Under the pieces are notes generated by a model. That model was not told the origin of the DNA, did not search any database, and worked only from the letters and a program-made list of their open reading frames with translations. A stretch of 64,000 nucleotides of DNA from an uncultured Phycisphaerales bacterium (lineage in GTDB: Bacteria > Planctomycetota > Phycisphaerae > Tepidisphaerales > Tepidisphaeraceae): the NCBI GenBank assembly GCA_963758525.1, contig CAVWVQ010000003.1:1184001-1248000 (forward strand). Direction: 5' to 3'. The translations under genes and the position numbers were made by a program. Below, in pieces: positions 32,899 to 42,641 of this stretch (its first letter is position 1; each line of letters starts with the position of its first letter).

Positions 32899-33103
32899 TC
32901 AGGCTCCCTCATCGAATTCGAACTCTTTGCTCAATCTTGCCACGCAGTTGCGTCCGCATCAATCAAAAACCGGAGTTTTCGCCACGGCGTTCCGGTAAGC
33001 TCGTTGTGGTGCGGGCTTCCAGCCTGCGATCGCAGCCGTGCAAACGCAGTTTGCTCCTGCTTTGCCGGAATTTTCTCCCGCGCCCGTCACGTCTTTTTGC
33101 CCA

Positions 33104-34375
33104 TCATGCGAGCGCGGTTGGCGGCAATCTGCGCCTGCCGCTCCGCTTCACTTTGTCCCGCGCCAGGAGGCGCTGCACCGGCGGACCCGCGGCAGGAGGC
33201 TTGGCCGCCCCGGCGGCGCCATCGCCGGAGGGTTTGGCGCTCGGAGGAGCGCCGCCGGCGCCGTCCGACGGGTCGGGCAGGGAGTCGTCGGGCTTTTCCA
33301 CGGCGAATCCCGCGCGATTCATCTTGTCGACCATGTTTCCGGGGTTGCGGCTCTTGTCGATCGCTTCCTCGGCGCTGATCCGCCCCGCCGCGAAATGGCC
33401 GAACAGATTGTCATCCAGCAACTGCATCCCGTAGCGCTTGCCGGTCTGAATCTCCGAATCGATGCGGAAGGCTTTGTTCTCTCGAATCAGATTCTGAATG
33501 CCGGGGGTGACGTACATAAATTCGTAGGCCGCCACCATTCCTTCGGTGTCGACGCGGGGGCACAGCGCCTGGCTCAGCACCGCCAGCAGGTTGCCGGCCA
33601 ACTGCACGCGGATCTGCTCCTGCTGATCGGTGGGAAAGGCGTCGATCAATCGGTTGATGGTGGATGCCGCGCCGGCGGTGTGCAACGTGCCAAAGACAAG
33701 GTGGCCGGTTTCGGCGGCCGTCACCGCTGCGGAGATCGTCGCCAGGTCGCGCATTTCGCCCACCAGCATGCAATCGGGATCCTGCCGCAACGCGCGGCGC
33801 AGCGCCTCGGCGAAGCTCGGAACGTCCACTCCGATCTCGCGCTGCACCACCACGCTCTTTTTGTGCTTGTGGTAGTACTCGACCGGGTCTTCCATCGTGA
33901 TGATGTGACGCTCGAAGTTGGTGTTGATGTAGTCGATCATCGACGCCAGCGTCGTGGTCTTCCCCGAACCGGTCGGCCCGGTCACCAGGAACAACCCGCG
34001 CGGACGCCGGCAGATCTGCTCGGCCATCTTCGGCAGCCCGATTTGCTCAAACGTCAGCAGCTTGCTGGGAATGCGGCGCAGCACCAGGCTCGCCATCCCC
34101 TTCTGCTTGAAGATCGACACGCGGAAGCGCGCCTCTTCCCCGAAGGCAAAGCCGAAGTCGCCCGAGCCGGTCTCTTCAAATTCCTGCTGAATGCGCTCGG
34201 GCGTGATCGACTTCATCAGCGCCGCGGTATCCTCGGCTTCGAGAACCTTGGTCTGCAACTCGCGCATCCCGCCATGCATGCGCAGCACCGGCGGCTTGCC
34301 GACGGCAAGGTGCAGGTCGCTGGCGCTCTTGCGGATCACCGTGTCCAGCAGACGATCGATTTGTACTGTTGCCAT
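33104..34375 (-). CDS. pilT: PilT retraction ATPase
   Basis: [48 protein letters not shown]. Confidence 0.93.
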   Translation of the reverse strand: MATVQIDRLLDTVIRKSASDLHLAVGKPPVLRMHGGMRELQTKVLEAEDTAALMKSITPERIQQEFEETGSGDFGFAFGEEARFRVSIFKQKGMASLVLRRIPSKLLTFEQIGLPKMAEQICRRPRGLFLVTGPTGSGKTTTLASMIDYINTNFERHIITMEDPVEYYHKHKKSVVVQREIGVDVPSFAEALRRALRQDPDCMLVGEMRDLATISAAVTAAETGHLVFGTLHTAGAASTINRLIDAFPTDQQEQIRVQLAGNLLAVLSQALCPRVDTEGMVAAYEFMYVTPGIQNLIRENKAFRIDSEIQTGKRYGMQLLDDNLFGHFAAGRISAEEAIDKSRNPGNMVDKMNRAGFAVEKPDDSLPDPSDGAGGAPPSAKPSGDGAAGAAKPPAAGPPVQRLLARDKVKRSGRRRLPPTALA

Positions 34376-34381
34376 AAAACC

Positions 34382-36161
34382 TCAGCCTGCGATTCCCTCC
34401 ACCTGCGCGACTTTCACGATTTCTTCGGGGGTGGTGATCCCGCGGAGCACTTTGAGCCGCCCGTCCTGCAGCAGCGACTTCATGCCGCTCGCGAGGGCGG
34501 CTTTGCGAATTTTGTTTCCGGCGGCCCGTTCGAACGCGAGGGTGCGGAGTTCGTGATTCATGACCATCAGCTCGAACACCCCGCGCCGGCCGCGGAATCC
34601 GATGCCGCCGCATTCGTCGCAGCCATGCGGCTTGCAGAGGTTCTGGCCGACCAGATCCGACGGCTTGATGCCGCAGAGTCTGAGCCATTTCGGATCGGGA
34701 TTGGGATCGGGCACCTTGCACTTGTTGCACAGAATCCGGACCAGCCGCTGCGCCAGCACCGCCTGAATCGAGCTGGCGACGAGGAACGGCTTCACCCCCA
34801 TGTCGATGAGTCGGGTGATCGCTCCGGGGGCGTCGTTGGTGTGAAGCGTGCTGAACACCAGATGGCCCGTCAGAGCCGCCTGGATCGCGACCTCGGCGAC
34901 TTCCAGATCGCGAATTTCGCCGACGAGAATGACATTGGGAGCCTGACGCAGCATCGCGCAGAATCTTGGAGAAGCTCAGTCCGATGACTTCGCGCACCTG
35001 GCATTGGTTGATGCCGGCGAAGTTATATTCGACCGGATCTTCGGCGGTGATGATCTTGCGATCGGGCCGGTTGAGCTCATTCAGCGCGGCGTAGAGCGTT
35101 GTGGTCTTGCCCGACCCGGTCGGACCCGTCACCAGAAAGATTCCGTTGGGCCGTTTGATGATCTTCTGAAACGCCTTGTTGTCTTCTTCCTCGAACCCCA
35201 GATTCACGATGCCGATGCGCACGGCATCGGGACGCAGGATACGCAGCACGACCGATTCACCGTGATATGCCGGCAGCGTGCTGGCGCGGAAGTCGATCTG
35301 CTGCTTGTCGACCACCAGCTTGATGCGGCCGTCCTGCGGAAGCCGCTTCTCCGCGATGTCGATGCCGGCCATGATTTTCAGCCGGCTGATCAGCGGGCCT
35401 TTCATGCGCAGGGGAATGCGGTCGCGCTCGACGCATTCGCCGTCGATTCGATATCGCACGCGAATGCGGTCCTTCATCGGCTCGATGTGAATATCCGATG
35501 CGCGGTTGCGGACGGCCTCGGCGATCATCGCCTGCACCAGCTTGATGATGGGCGCCTGCGTGGCGTCGGCCGGCCCGTCCCCTTCGCCGATGCCGGAGAT
35601 GTCGATCGACTTGTCGATGGAGCGGTCGACCGATTTATCGACGGTGCGATCGACGGTCTTGTCGAGCGTGCGATCCATCGTCTTGTCAAATGTCTTGTCC
35701 CGGGTCTTGTCGATCGTGTTGGCAGCCGTCGTTCCCAGAATCTGATCGAGCAGCGACTTGATTTTCGAGCGCGGCGCCAGCGACGTGCGGATTTCCTTGT
35801 GGAGCCGGAAGCGGAGAATATCGAGCATCTCCAGATCCAGCGGATCGTGAACGACGATCCGCAGCCGGCCGTTCTCCATGCCCAGCGGCAGGATGAGGTA
35901 CTTGCGCATCAAATCGTCTGGAATCAGATTGATCGCGTCGGTGGGGACCGAGGTCTTGTCCAGCTCGACATAATCCAGCCCGTGCTGGGCGGCCAGCGCC
36001 TTGAAGACATTTCCCTCGGTGCAGACCTTCAGATCGACCAGCGCTTCGCCAATGCGCATGCCCTGCTTTTTGCCGTGCTCCAGCGCCTTGGCGACGTCCT
36101 TGGGATTGGCAAAACCCCATTCAATCAGCAACTCACCGAGTTTTTTTTGTTGACGGGCCAT
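34382..36161 (-). CDS. Second PilB/GspE ATPase (frameshift near 34955)
   Basis: KKLGELL MshEN-like start and GPTGSGKTT, continuing as [22 protein letters not shown]. Confidence 0.9.
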
Positions 36162-36375
36162 AATAGTGGGCGGCAAAGAGCGGACTCGGGCTCAAGGTCA
36201 GGGCGGGAACAATCCTTTCGGTCGCAAATCGTCCAGGGGCCCGATTTCAACCCTCATTGCGCCGCGGCGGCGAATCATAGTGTACCGGCTTGCCGTCCGC
36301 CGCGACAAGCGCATTCTGCCAAACCCGCGGCTCAATTCCGAATCTGCCCGCTTCGATCAATTATAGCACCGTCGC

Positions 36376-36491
36376 GTGGCATAGGCGTCTCGCCCAAGCG
36401 GTATGCGGAGCGGAAGAAACCCTTCGATATCATGAGTTCGCATACCACGATATCGCCTTCATGGGCGGGACGCGCGGGACGCCCATGCCAC
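36376..36491. repeat. Family E REP doublet between the pil operon and comEC
   Basis: GTGGCATAGGCGTCTCGCCC...GGGACGCCCATGCCAC. Confidence 0.75.
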
Positions 36492-36548
36492 GTTCATGCC
36501 ACGTTCATGTTACGGAGAGCAGTTCAAAACCGGTAAGTTTGCGCGCAT

Positions 36549-39158
36549 TTGCGGGGGGGATGCTATTTTCTGCGGGCGGTGGCGCAGCTCACTTCCTCGT
36601 CTCCCGCCGATGATCCAGCGCTCTCCGCTCGTCCGGCTCTTGCGGTTGCGGTCGCCGTGATCGTTGGCATCACCACGCATCGACTGCTGCCCGCTGCGCC
36701 GGGAGCGTGGCTCCTCCTTGGCGGGAGTCTCTGGTGCGCCGCCCTTCTCCTCTTCAACCGGCCGCGGGCATTTGCGACTTGCGCCATCGGCGCACTCATG
36801 CTCACCGGCGCCGCGGCGGGTCAGTTGTTCGCGTTTTATTTTCCGCGGCATCACATCGCACTCTTCGCGACCGACGAACCGCGGCTGGCGATCCTGGAAG
36901 CGCGCATTGACGAGCCGCCGCGGTTTCAGACGACGCCGCACGGGAAAAACGGGGCGCGCACCATGCAGTTCGGAGCGACCACGCTCCGGCTGCTCACCGT
37001 CTCGGGCTGGGAAGACACAACGGGGAAATTACAGATATCGATCGCCGGAGAGGTTGGCGGGCTTGCCGCGGGCGGCGCTATTCGCGTCGTCGGAACGCTT
37101 CAGCGCCCGCTGGCCGCCAGCAATCCCGGCCAGTTTGACTGGGCGGCATACGGCCGCACGCAGCGGCTTTGCGCCGAACTTTCCGTCCTGCATGCCAGCG
37201 GAGTCCAGGTGCTCCCCGACACCAATTGGGATCCGGTGTGGACGGCGCGGCAACGCGCTCGAGCCGCGCTCGACGCCGGCTTTTCGATCGCGGGCGGCGC
37301 CGGCCGCGAGCTGCTCGCGGCGCTGGTCTTCGGCGACCGCGGAAACGAGCTGACGAATGTGGAGGAAGCGTTCCGACGGACAGGCGATACGCATCTGCTG
37401 GCCAGCAACGGATTGCGCATCGCGATTCTCGCAAGCGGGCTTTATCTGCTCTGTTTTGCGCTACGCCTCGGTCCGCGCAGGTCCGTCTGGCTCGTCACCA
37501 TTGCGGTGGCGCTGTTCGCTTTTCTCACGCTTCCGGCGCCGCAGGCGCTGCGTCCGTCGTTGCTCTGCGCCGGAGTCGGGATCGCCATCGCGGCGCGACG
37601 GCGGGTCGATTCCGTGCAATTGCTGTCGCTTGCCGCGCTGCTGATTCTCTCGTTCAATCCGCTCGACTTGTATGCCGCGGGTTTCCAGCTCAGCTTCGTC
37701 GCTGTTTTCGGCCTGATGCTCTTTGCCGGGCCCGTGGCACGCTGGCTTCTTGAGCTGGAAGATCCTCATCGGCGTGCAGCCCGCGGCCTCTTCCAAGCTT
37801 CCGCCGGGCAGCGACTGCGCATCGTTCTCTGGGACCTGGGCCGGCCGGTGCTCGCCGCCGCGATGGTTGCCTGGCTGATCGCCACGCCGCTGGTCGCGTT
37901 TCAATTCGAGCAGTTCAATCCCTGGTCGATCCCCATCGGCGTGGTGCTCTCGCCGCTGGTTTTCATCGCGATGATCGCAGGCTTCGCGAAAATCTGCCTG
38001 ACGCTCGCCTTCCCCTGGTTCGCCAGCTCATGGGCGAACGTCGCCCGGATGCCCGCCGATACGCTCATCGCGGCCGTCTGCTGGCTCGCGAAAATTCCCG
38101 CCGACGATATTCCGATGTCATCCCCCCCTGCCGGGATCATCGCCGCGTATTACCTGCTCCTGTGCGCCCCAGCCCTGGGATCTTTGGCGGCATTCAACCG
38201 GTTATGGGATCGGATCAAACCCCGTTCGTTCGGCAAGCTTCTGCTATGGTCCGGCCGCATCGTTCCTCCCGGCCTTGCCCTGCTCCTGCTGTTTCTCCCG
38301 GTGAATCCGGGGGCCCGCGCTCCGCCGGGAACGCTGCAACTGACGCTCCTTTCCGTTGGCGCGGGACAGAGCGCCGTCGTCGAATTGCCTGACGGACGCG
38401 CGCTGATGATCGACTGCGGCTCATCAACGCTTTCGGATGATCTGCGGCAATGTCTGGCGCCATTTCTGCGGCACGAGGGCCGCAGCCACCTGAACGCAAT
38501 TTACCTTTCGCATGGCGATTACGATCACATCAGCGCCGCGGCGGGCGCTGTCGAGATGTACGACGTGCCCGACGTTTTCATCAGTCCTAATTTTCGAGTG
38601 CACGCGCGCGAAAGCGCCGCTGCCGAGGGACTGCTCGAATCACTCGAGGAGGCGAAGCGACCGCCGCAGACGCTCTGGGTCGGCCAGCATATTCCGCTCG
38701 GCGACGGCGCCATGCTCGAGGTCCTCTGGCCGCCCGAACACTCGGCGCTCAATTCCAACAACAGCGCCCTGGTGCTGAAGCTCAGTTATGCCGGCCGATC
38801 GATCTTGTTTCCCGCCGACATCCAGATCCCCGCCGAGCGCGGGCTGCTGCAAAATCCCGCGCTGCTGCGCAGCGACATACTCATCGCCCCCCACCACGGC
38901 AGCCGCGAAGACACCACCGCCGAATTCATCGCCGCGGTGCATCCCCTGTTTATCCTCAGTTCCAACGCCAATCGTCTCACGCAGAAACAGCGCGGCTTCG
39001 ATGCGCTGGCGATCGCGCATCCGCTGTACCGCACGAGCAACTGCGGCGCGTTGACCGTCGGGATCGATGCGAAGGGGCAAATCCAATTGCGCGGCTTTGT
39101 GCGATTGCGAGAAGAGGGAACTGGGGGAAAAGGGCAGAGAGGCATGGAAGGGAGGTAA
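36549..39158 (+). CDS. comEC: ComEC/Rec2 DNA uptake channel
   Basis: SNPGQFDW, HLLASNG, GFQLSF, VGAGQS, SHGDYDH, APHHGS. Start may be GTG ~36579. Confidence 0.92.
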   Translation: MRGGCYFLRAVAQLTSSSPADDPALSARPALAVAVAVIVGITTHRLLPAAPGAWLLLGGSLWCAALLLFNRPRAFATCAIGALMLTGAAAGQLFAFYFPRHHIALFATDEPRLAILEARIDEPPRFQTTPHGKNGARTMQFGATTLRLLTVSGWEDTTGKLQISIAGEVGGLAAGGAIRVVGTLQRPLAASNPGQFDWAAYGRTQRLCAELSVLHASGVQVLPDTNWDPVWTARQRARAALDAGFSIAGGAGRELLAALVFGDRGNELTNVEEAFRRTGDTHLLASNGLRIAILASGLYLLCFALRLGPRRSVWLVTIAVALFAFLTLPAPQALRPSLLCAGVGIAIAARRRVDSVQLLSLAALLILSFNPLDLYAAGFQLSFVAVFGLMLFAGPVARWLLELEDPHRRAARGLFQASAGQRLRIVLWDLGRPVLAAAMVAWLIATPLVAFQFEQFNPWSIPIGVVLSPLVFIAMIAGFAKICLTLAFPWFASSWANVARMPADTLIAAVCWLAKIPADDIPMSSPPAGIIAAYYLLLCAPALGSLAAFNRLWDRIKPRSFGKLLLWSGRIVPPGLALLLLFLPVNPGARAPPGTLQLTLLSVGAGQSAVVELPDGRALMIDCGSSTLSDDLRQCLAPFLRHEGRSHLNAIYLSHGDYDHISAAAGAVEMYDVPDVFISPNFRVHARESAAAEGLLESLEEAKRPPQTLWVGQHIPLGDGAMLEVLWPPEHSALNSNNSALVLKLSYAGRSILFPADIQIPAERGLLQNPALLRSDILIAPHHGSREDTTAEFIAAVHPLFILSSNANRLTQKQRGFDALAIAHPLYRTSNCGALTVGIDAKGQIQLRGFVRLREEGTGGKGQRGMEGR

Positions 39159-39422
39159 GGAAAGGGACGAAGGGATGGGGAAGGCACCAAGGCACGGAGG
39201 CACGAAGGGATGGGCACGAAGGGATGGGCACGGAGGCACGAAGGGAAGGAAGGGGATTTTTGTTGCTTCGCTCTGAACTTCAAGGTTCTTCTTCCTCACC
39301 CTCCGTGCCTTCGTGCCTTCGTGCCTTCGTGCCTTCGTGCCTTGGTGCCTTGGTGCCTTGGTGCCTTCCCTGGTGCCTTCCCCCCTTCCTCACCCTTCGT
39401 GCCTACGTGCCTTTCCCTTCCC
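39128..39422. repeat. Family B element
   Basis: GGCACG(G/A)A arm, conserved core, and a TTCGTGCC/TTGGTGCC arm of about 8 units. Confidence 0.85.
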
Positions 39423-39462
39423 CCTTGTCTCCCACCCCCGACCCATTAAAATCCGCCAACTC

Positions 39463-40494
39463 ATGTCTGAAGTGAACAAAGACTCCGGCGGCGCTTCTCC
39501 ACTTCCAGTGGCCGTCATCGGTTGCGGCCGAATGGGCCGGCTGCATGCGCGGGTTTATTCAGAGATGCCCACGGTCCGACTCGTCGGCGTTGCCGACGCC
39601 GACGGCGATCGGGCGCGGGCGATTGCCGACGAATTCAACTGTGCGGTCCTGGAACCCATCGGGGAGCTGCCGGCGGAGGTGCGGGCGGTGTCCATTGCCG
39701 TCCCCACCAACAGCCATGCGGTGGTCGCCGAGCGCTGCCTGTCCCGCGGGATCGCCTGCCTGATCGAGAAACCGCTGGCCAAGGATGTCGCGGAAGCCCA
39801 GCAGATCGTCGATTGCGCCAAGCGCACCGGCGTTGCCGTCCAGGTCGGTCATATCGAGCGATTCAATCCAGCGGTTCGGGCGATGCATCGCCTGGAGATC
39901 AAGCCGAGGTTTATCGAGGTGTCGCGCATCAGCCCGATGACGTTCCGCAGCATCGACGTGGGCGTCGTGCTCGACATGATGATTCACGACATCGACATCG
40001 TCCTGCGCCTCGCTGGGTCGCGCGTCGCCAAGATCGACGCCATCGGCGTCAGCGTCATCGGCACGGTCGAGGACATCTGCAACGCCCGCATGATTTTTGA
40101 GAACGGCTGCGTCGCCAACATCACCGCCTCGCGCCTGTCGCTCAAGACTGAGCGGAAGCTTCGCGTCTTCAGCCCCGACGCATACGTCTCGCTCGATTAC
40201 CAGAAAAAATACGGCATCGTCGCCCGCCGATCGCACAACCTCGACGCGATCCGCGAAGCCGTCGATCGCATTCATCGCGGCGAAGTGACCGATCTTTCCG
40301 AGCTGAACTTTGCCGATCTGGTGCAGATCGAGGAATTGAAGATCGACGATATCGAGCCGCTCCGCGCCGAACTGGATTCGTTTGTGGAAGCCGTCACCAA
40401 CGGCACCGCGCCGTCGGTCAGCGCGGAGGAGGGCCTGGCCGCGGTGGAAACCGCCTCCCGGATCATCGCGGCGATCGCGTCGAACAAACTCTGA
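39463..40494 (+). CDS. Gfo/Idh/MocA oxidoreductase (GnnA-like)
   Basis: GCGRMG, IEKP, VGHIERFNPA, VVLDMMIHDID. Confidence 0.85.
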   Translation: MSEVNKDSGGASPLPVAVIGCGRMGRLHARVYSEMPTVRLVGVADADGDRARAIADEFNCAVLEPIGELPAEVRAVSIAVPTNSHAVVAERCLSRGIACLIEKPLAKDVAEAQQIVDCAKRTGVAVQVGHIERFNPAVRAMHRLEIKPRFIEVSRISPMTFRSIDVGVVLDMMIHDIDIVLRLAGSRVAKIDAIGVSVIGTVEDICNARMIFENGCVANITASRLSLKTERKLRVFSPDAYVSLDYQKKYGIVARRSHNLDAIREAVDRIHRGEVTDLSELNFADLVQIEELKIDDIEPLRAELDSFVEAVTNGTAPSVSAEEGLAAVETASRIIAAIASNKL

Positions 40495-40552
40495 TCTTTC
40501 GCGGACAGCAGAGCGTGGCTAGAATTGCGCACTTGGGACAGCTAAGCGGAAC

Positions 40553-40780
40553 ATGCAAATGAGCGTAATTTCAGCACCAGTTACATGGGTGGAGTCGGTC
40601 AGCGAACTGCGGCTGCCGGTTTCTGCTGATCGGCGCCTGCAGGATCTAATGGACAGGAATACCGAAGGAACGCTCAGTGCAGAAGAACGCGCCGAGCTGG
40701 AATCGCTCGTGGATATCAGCCAGCGCTTGTCTTTGGTTCGCGCGGAAGCCTTTCATCTTTTGGGGCGAAGTCCGTTGTGA
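40553..40780 (+). CDS. Small hypothetical protein (antitoxin-like)
   Basis: RLQDLMDRNTEGTLSAEERAELE; GTGA-coupled to a short truncated ORF. Confidence 0.6.
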   Translation: MQMSVISAPVTWVESVSELRLPVSADRRLQDLMDRNTEGTLSAEERAELESLVDISQRLSLVRAEAFHLLGRSPL

Positions 40781-40840
40781 GCGAACGGGTGGATCTGCGG
40801 CACGAAGTTGAGCGACGCGCACAAGTTGAATAACGCCATA

Positions 40841-41719
40841 TCATTTCGCCAGTACGATCAGCACCGCTCCCGCCACCATCACCAGCGATCCAACGAGCCG
40901 TTCGAGGATGTTCTTCTCCTGGAAGACTTTGTATCCAAGGAACAGACTGAGCAGTGTGGATGTCTGAAACAGCGCCAGCGCATAGCCAACTTTGAAGCCG
41001 CCGAGAACGATGATGGTGCAGAGCTGCATCACTCCGGTGGAGACGGCCAACCAGAGGTAGGTGCGAATGCTTGCGACGGCGATCTGCCGTTGTTTTGAAA
41101 TCTTGCTCCCGTTGATCGCACCGACGGCCGCTGCGGAAACGCCGAACCCGAGAACGGCCCAGAGCGCGAAGGTGATCAGCGGCGAAGACGCCAGCAGCGC
41201 CTTCTTCAGGAATACCGCCTCCGTGGCTGAAATCGCCATGGCGGCGAAGCGATATTGAACTCCCCGCTCGGTGAAGAATCGCACGAAGACGTTCCGCTTC
41301 GGCTCCGTCACGTTCTTGTCCACGATGAAGTAACTTCCGCCGACGATCAGGCCCAGGCCTGCGATGCCAAGCGTGCCGGGCGACTCGCCGAGCAGAATCA
41401 TGCCGGGGATCAGGCTGATGATCGACTTGTATGCGTTCACCGGCCCCAGCACCGACAGATCCGACAGCTTCACCGCCTGCACCATCAGAGCGTTTCCCGA
41501 CACGGTGAGGATCACCACGACCGAAATGTTGAGCCAGAACACGTGCGAGAGATCCGGGCGAAGGATCAGAATCAGCGGCAGGCAGACGATGGAAAGCAAA
41601 GCATGGGTGAGCACGATCACGAAAAGCGGATCGGCCGATCGCTTCGTCAGGACCTTCTGGAAAACGTTGGAGAACGGATTCGCGACGATGCGGCAAAGGA
41701 CAATCAGCGACAACAGCAT
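40841..41719 (-). CDS. EamA/DMT transporter
   Basis: About 10 TM segments in two EamA repeats; LLGES, FQEK. Confidence 0.85.
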   Translation of the reverse strand: MLLSLIVLCRIVANPFSNVFQKVLTKRSADPLFVIVLTHALLSIVCLPLILILRPDLSHVFWLNISVVVILTVSGNALMVQAVKLSDLSVLGPVNAYKSIISLIPGMILLGESPGTLGIAGLGLIVGGSYFIVDKNVTEPKRNVFVRFFTERGVQYRFAAMAISATEAVFLKKALLASSPLITFALWAVLGFGVSAAAVGAINGSKISKQRQIAVASIRTYLWLAVSTGVMQLCTIIVLGGFKVGYALALFQTSTLLSLFLGYKVFQEKNILERLVGSLVMVAGAVLIVLAK

Positions 41720-41875
41720 GGAAGGTCGGCCGAGGATACAGGATTGTTGCCGCCGCCCCAATGTGGGTCGGGATTGATCCCGACGATCTCACGCCTTTGC
41801 CCCCTCTCCCCGATTAGCGGGAGAGGCGGTAAGAGTTCTTCCCGTACATTCTGTCCGCAGCCGTTTGCACAGTGC

Positions 41876-42313
41876 CTATGCCAACTTCCCGGCAACAGCG
41901 CCGCACTCAGGACAACGATCCGGCGTGGCTCGCAAATCGTAGCCACAATTCGCGCATCGCCCAGTGTGAATCGGCGCGGAATGCCGTCGTAGCCAGCCGG
42001 CGAACCAGATCAACGGCATCAACAATGACGCCCAGAGAATACTCAGATAAGGAATCTCCACCCCTCGCGCCGGCGGCAGGCCGAATCGCCCGGTCATCGA
42101 ATCGAACATCGCGTGCGCAATCGTGAGTGAACCGCCATGCGAAAAGACAATCATCGCCGGCTGTGCATTCGCCTTTGCTCCAACTGGGGAAAGCTTTTCG
42201 CTGACCGTGCTGAGATGATCCCAGTGACGATAGCTGCGGACCCATAACGGGAGCATCGCCACGCAAAGCGCCAAAGACGCGATCGCAATGAAGTCAAATG
42301 GAGGGTGTTTCAT
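41876..42313 (-). CDS. Membrane protein with C-terminal CxxCGYDLRATPxRCPECG zinc ribbon
   Basis: LWVRSY motif, TM segments, GRCANCGYDLRATPDRCPECG. Confidence 0.75.
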   Translation of the reverse strand: MKHPPFDFIAIASLALCVAMLPLWVRSYRHWDHLSTVSEKLSPVGAKANAQPAMIVFSHGGSLTIAHAMFDSMTGRFGLPPARGVEIPYLSILWASLLMPLIWFAGWLRRHSAPIHTGRCANCGYDLRATPDRCPECGAVAGKLA

Positions 42314-42420
42314 CGATTCAAAGTCTATCAAGACGGCAGGATGTATTGTTCGAAAATTCCAGATGATGACGCGGAATTCGCACCGCGCTCGCCCTCCACA
42401 CGGGCCTGACGATAGACGAA

Positions 42421-42575
42421 GTAGGGTCCGCAGAAGAGCCGCAAACAGGCATCGGCAGCATAAGCCGCGCGTTCGGCTCTTCTGCGGACCTTCGGAGGGA
42501 TGTGGCGAGGTCCGCAGGAGGGCTCGACGTTTTCACGTAAGCTGATGGCTGCTTGCGCCCTCCTACGGACCCTAC
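42421..42575. repeat. GTAG-type REP doublet (GTAGGGTCCGC...GGACCCTAC)
   Basis: Two inverted hairpins bounded by GTAG/CTAC. Confidence 0.7.
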
Positions 42576-42641
42576 TCGACTATCCATCCGGGAAATTCGA
42601 ACATGCCTGGCTTGTTTTTTCGCCGGGAGTTGCGGCCGGGC

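Noticed and set aside
30742..36536. Long plus-strand ORFs (878, 649 and 510 aa)
   Set aside because: Antisense shadows of pilB/pilT in GC-rich DNA, with no recognisable motifs.
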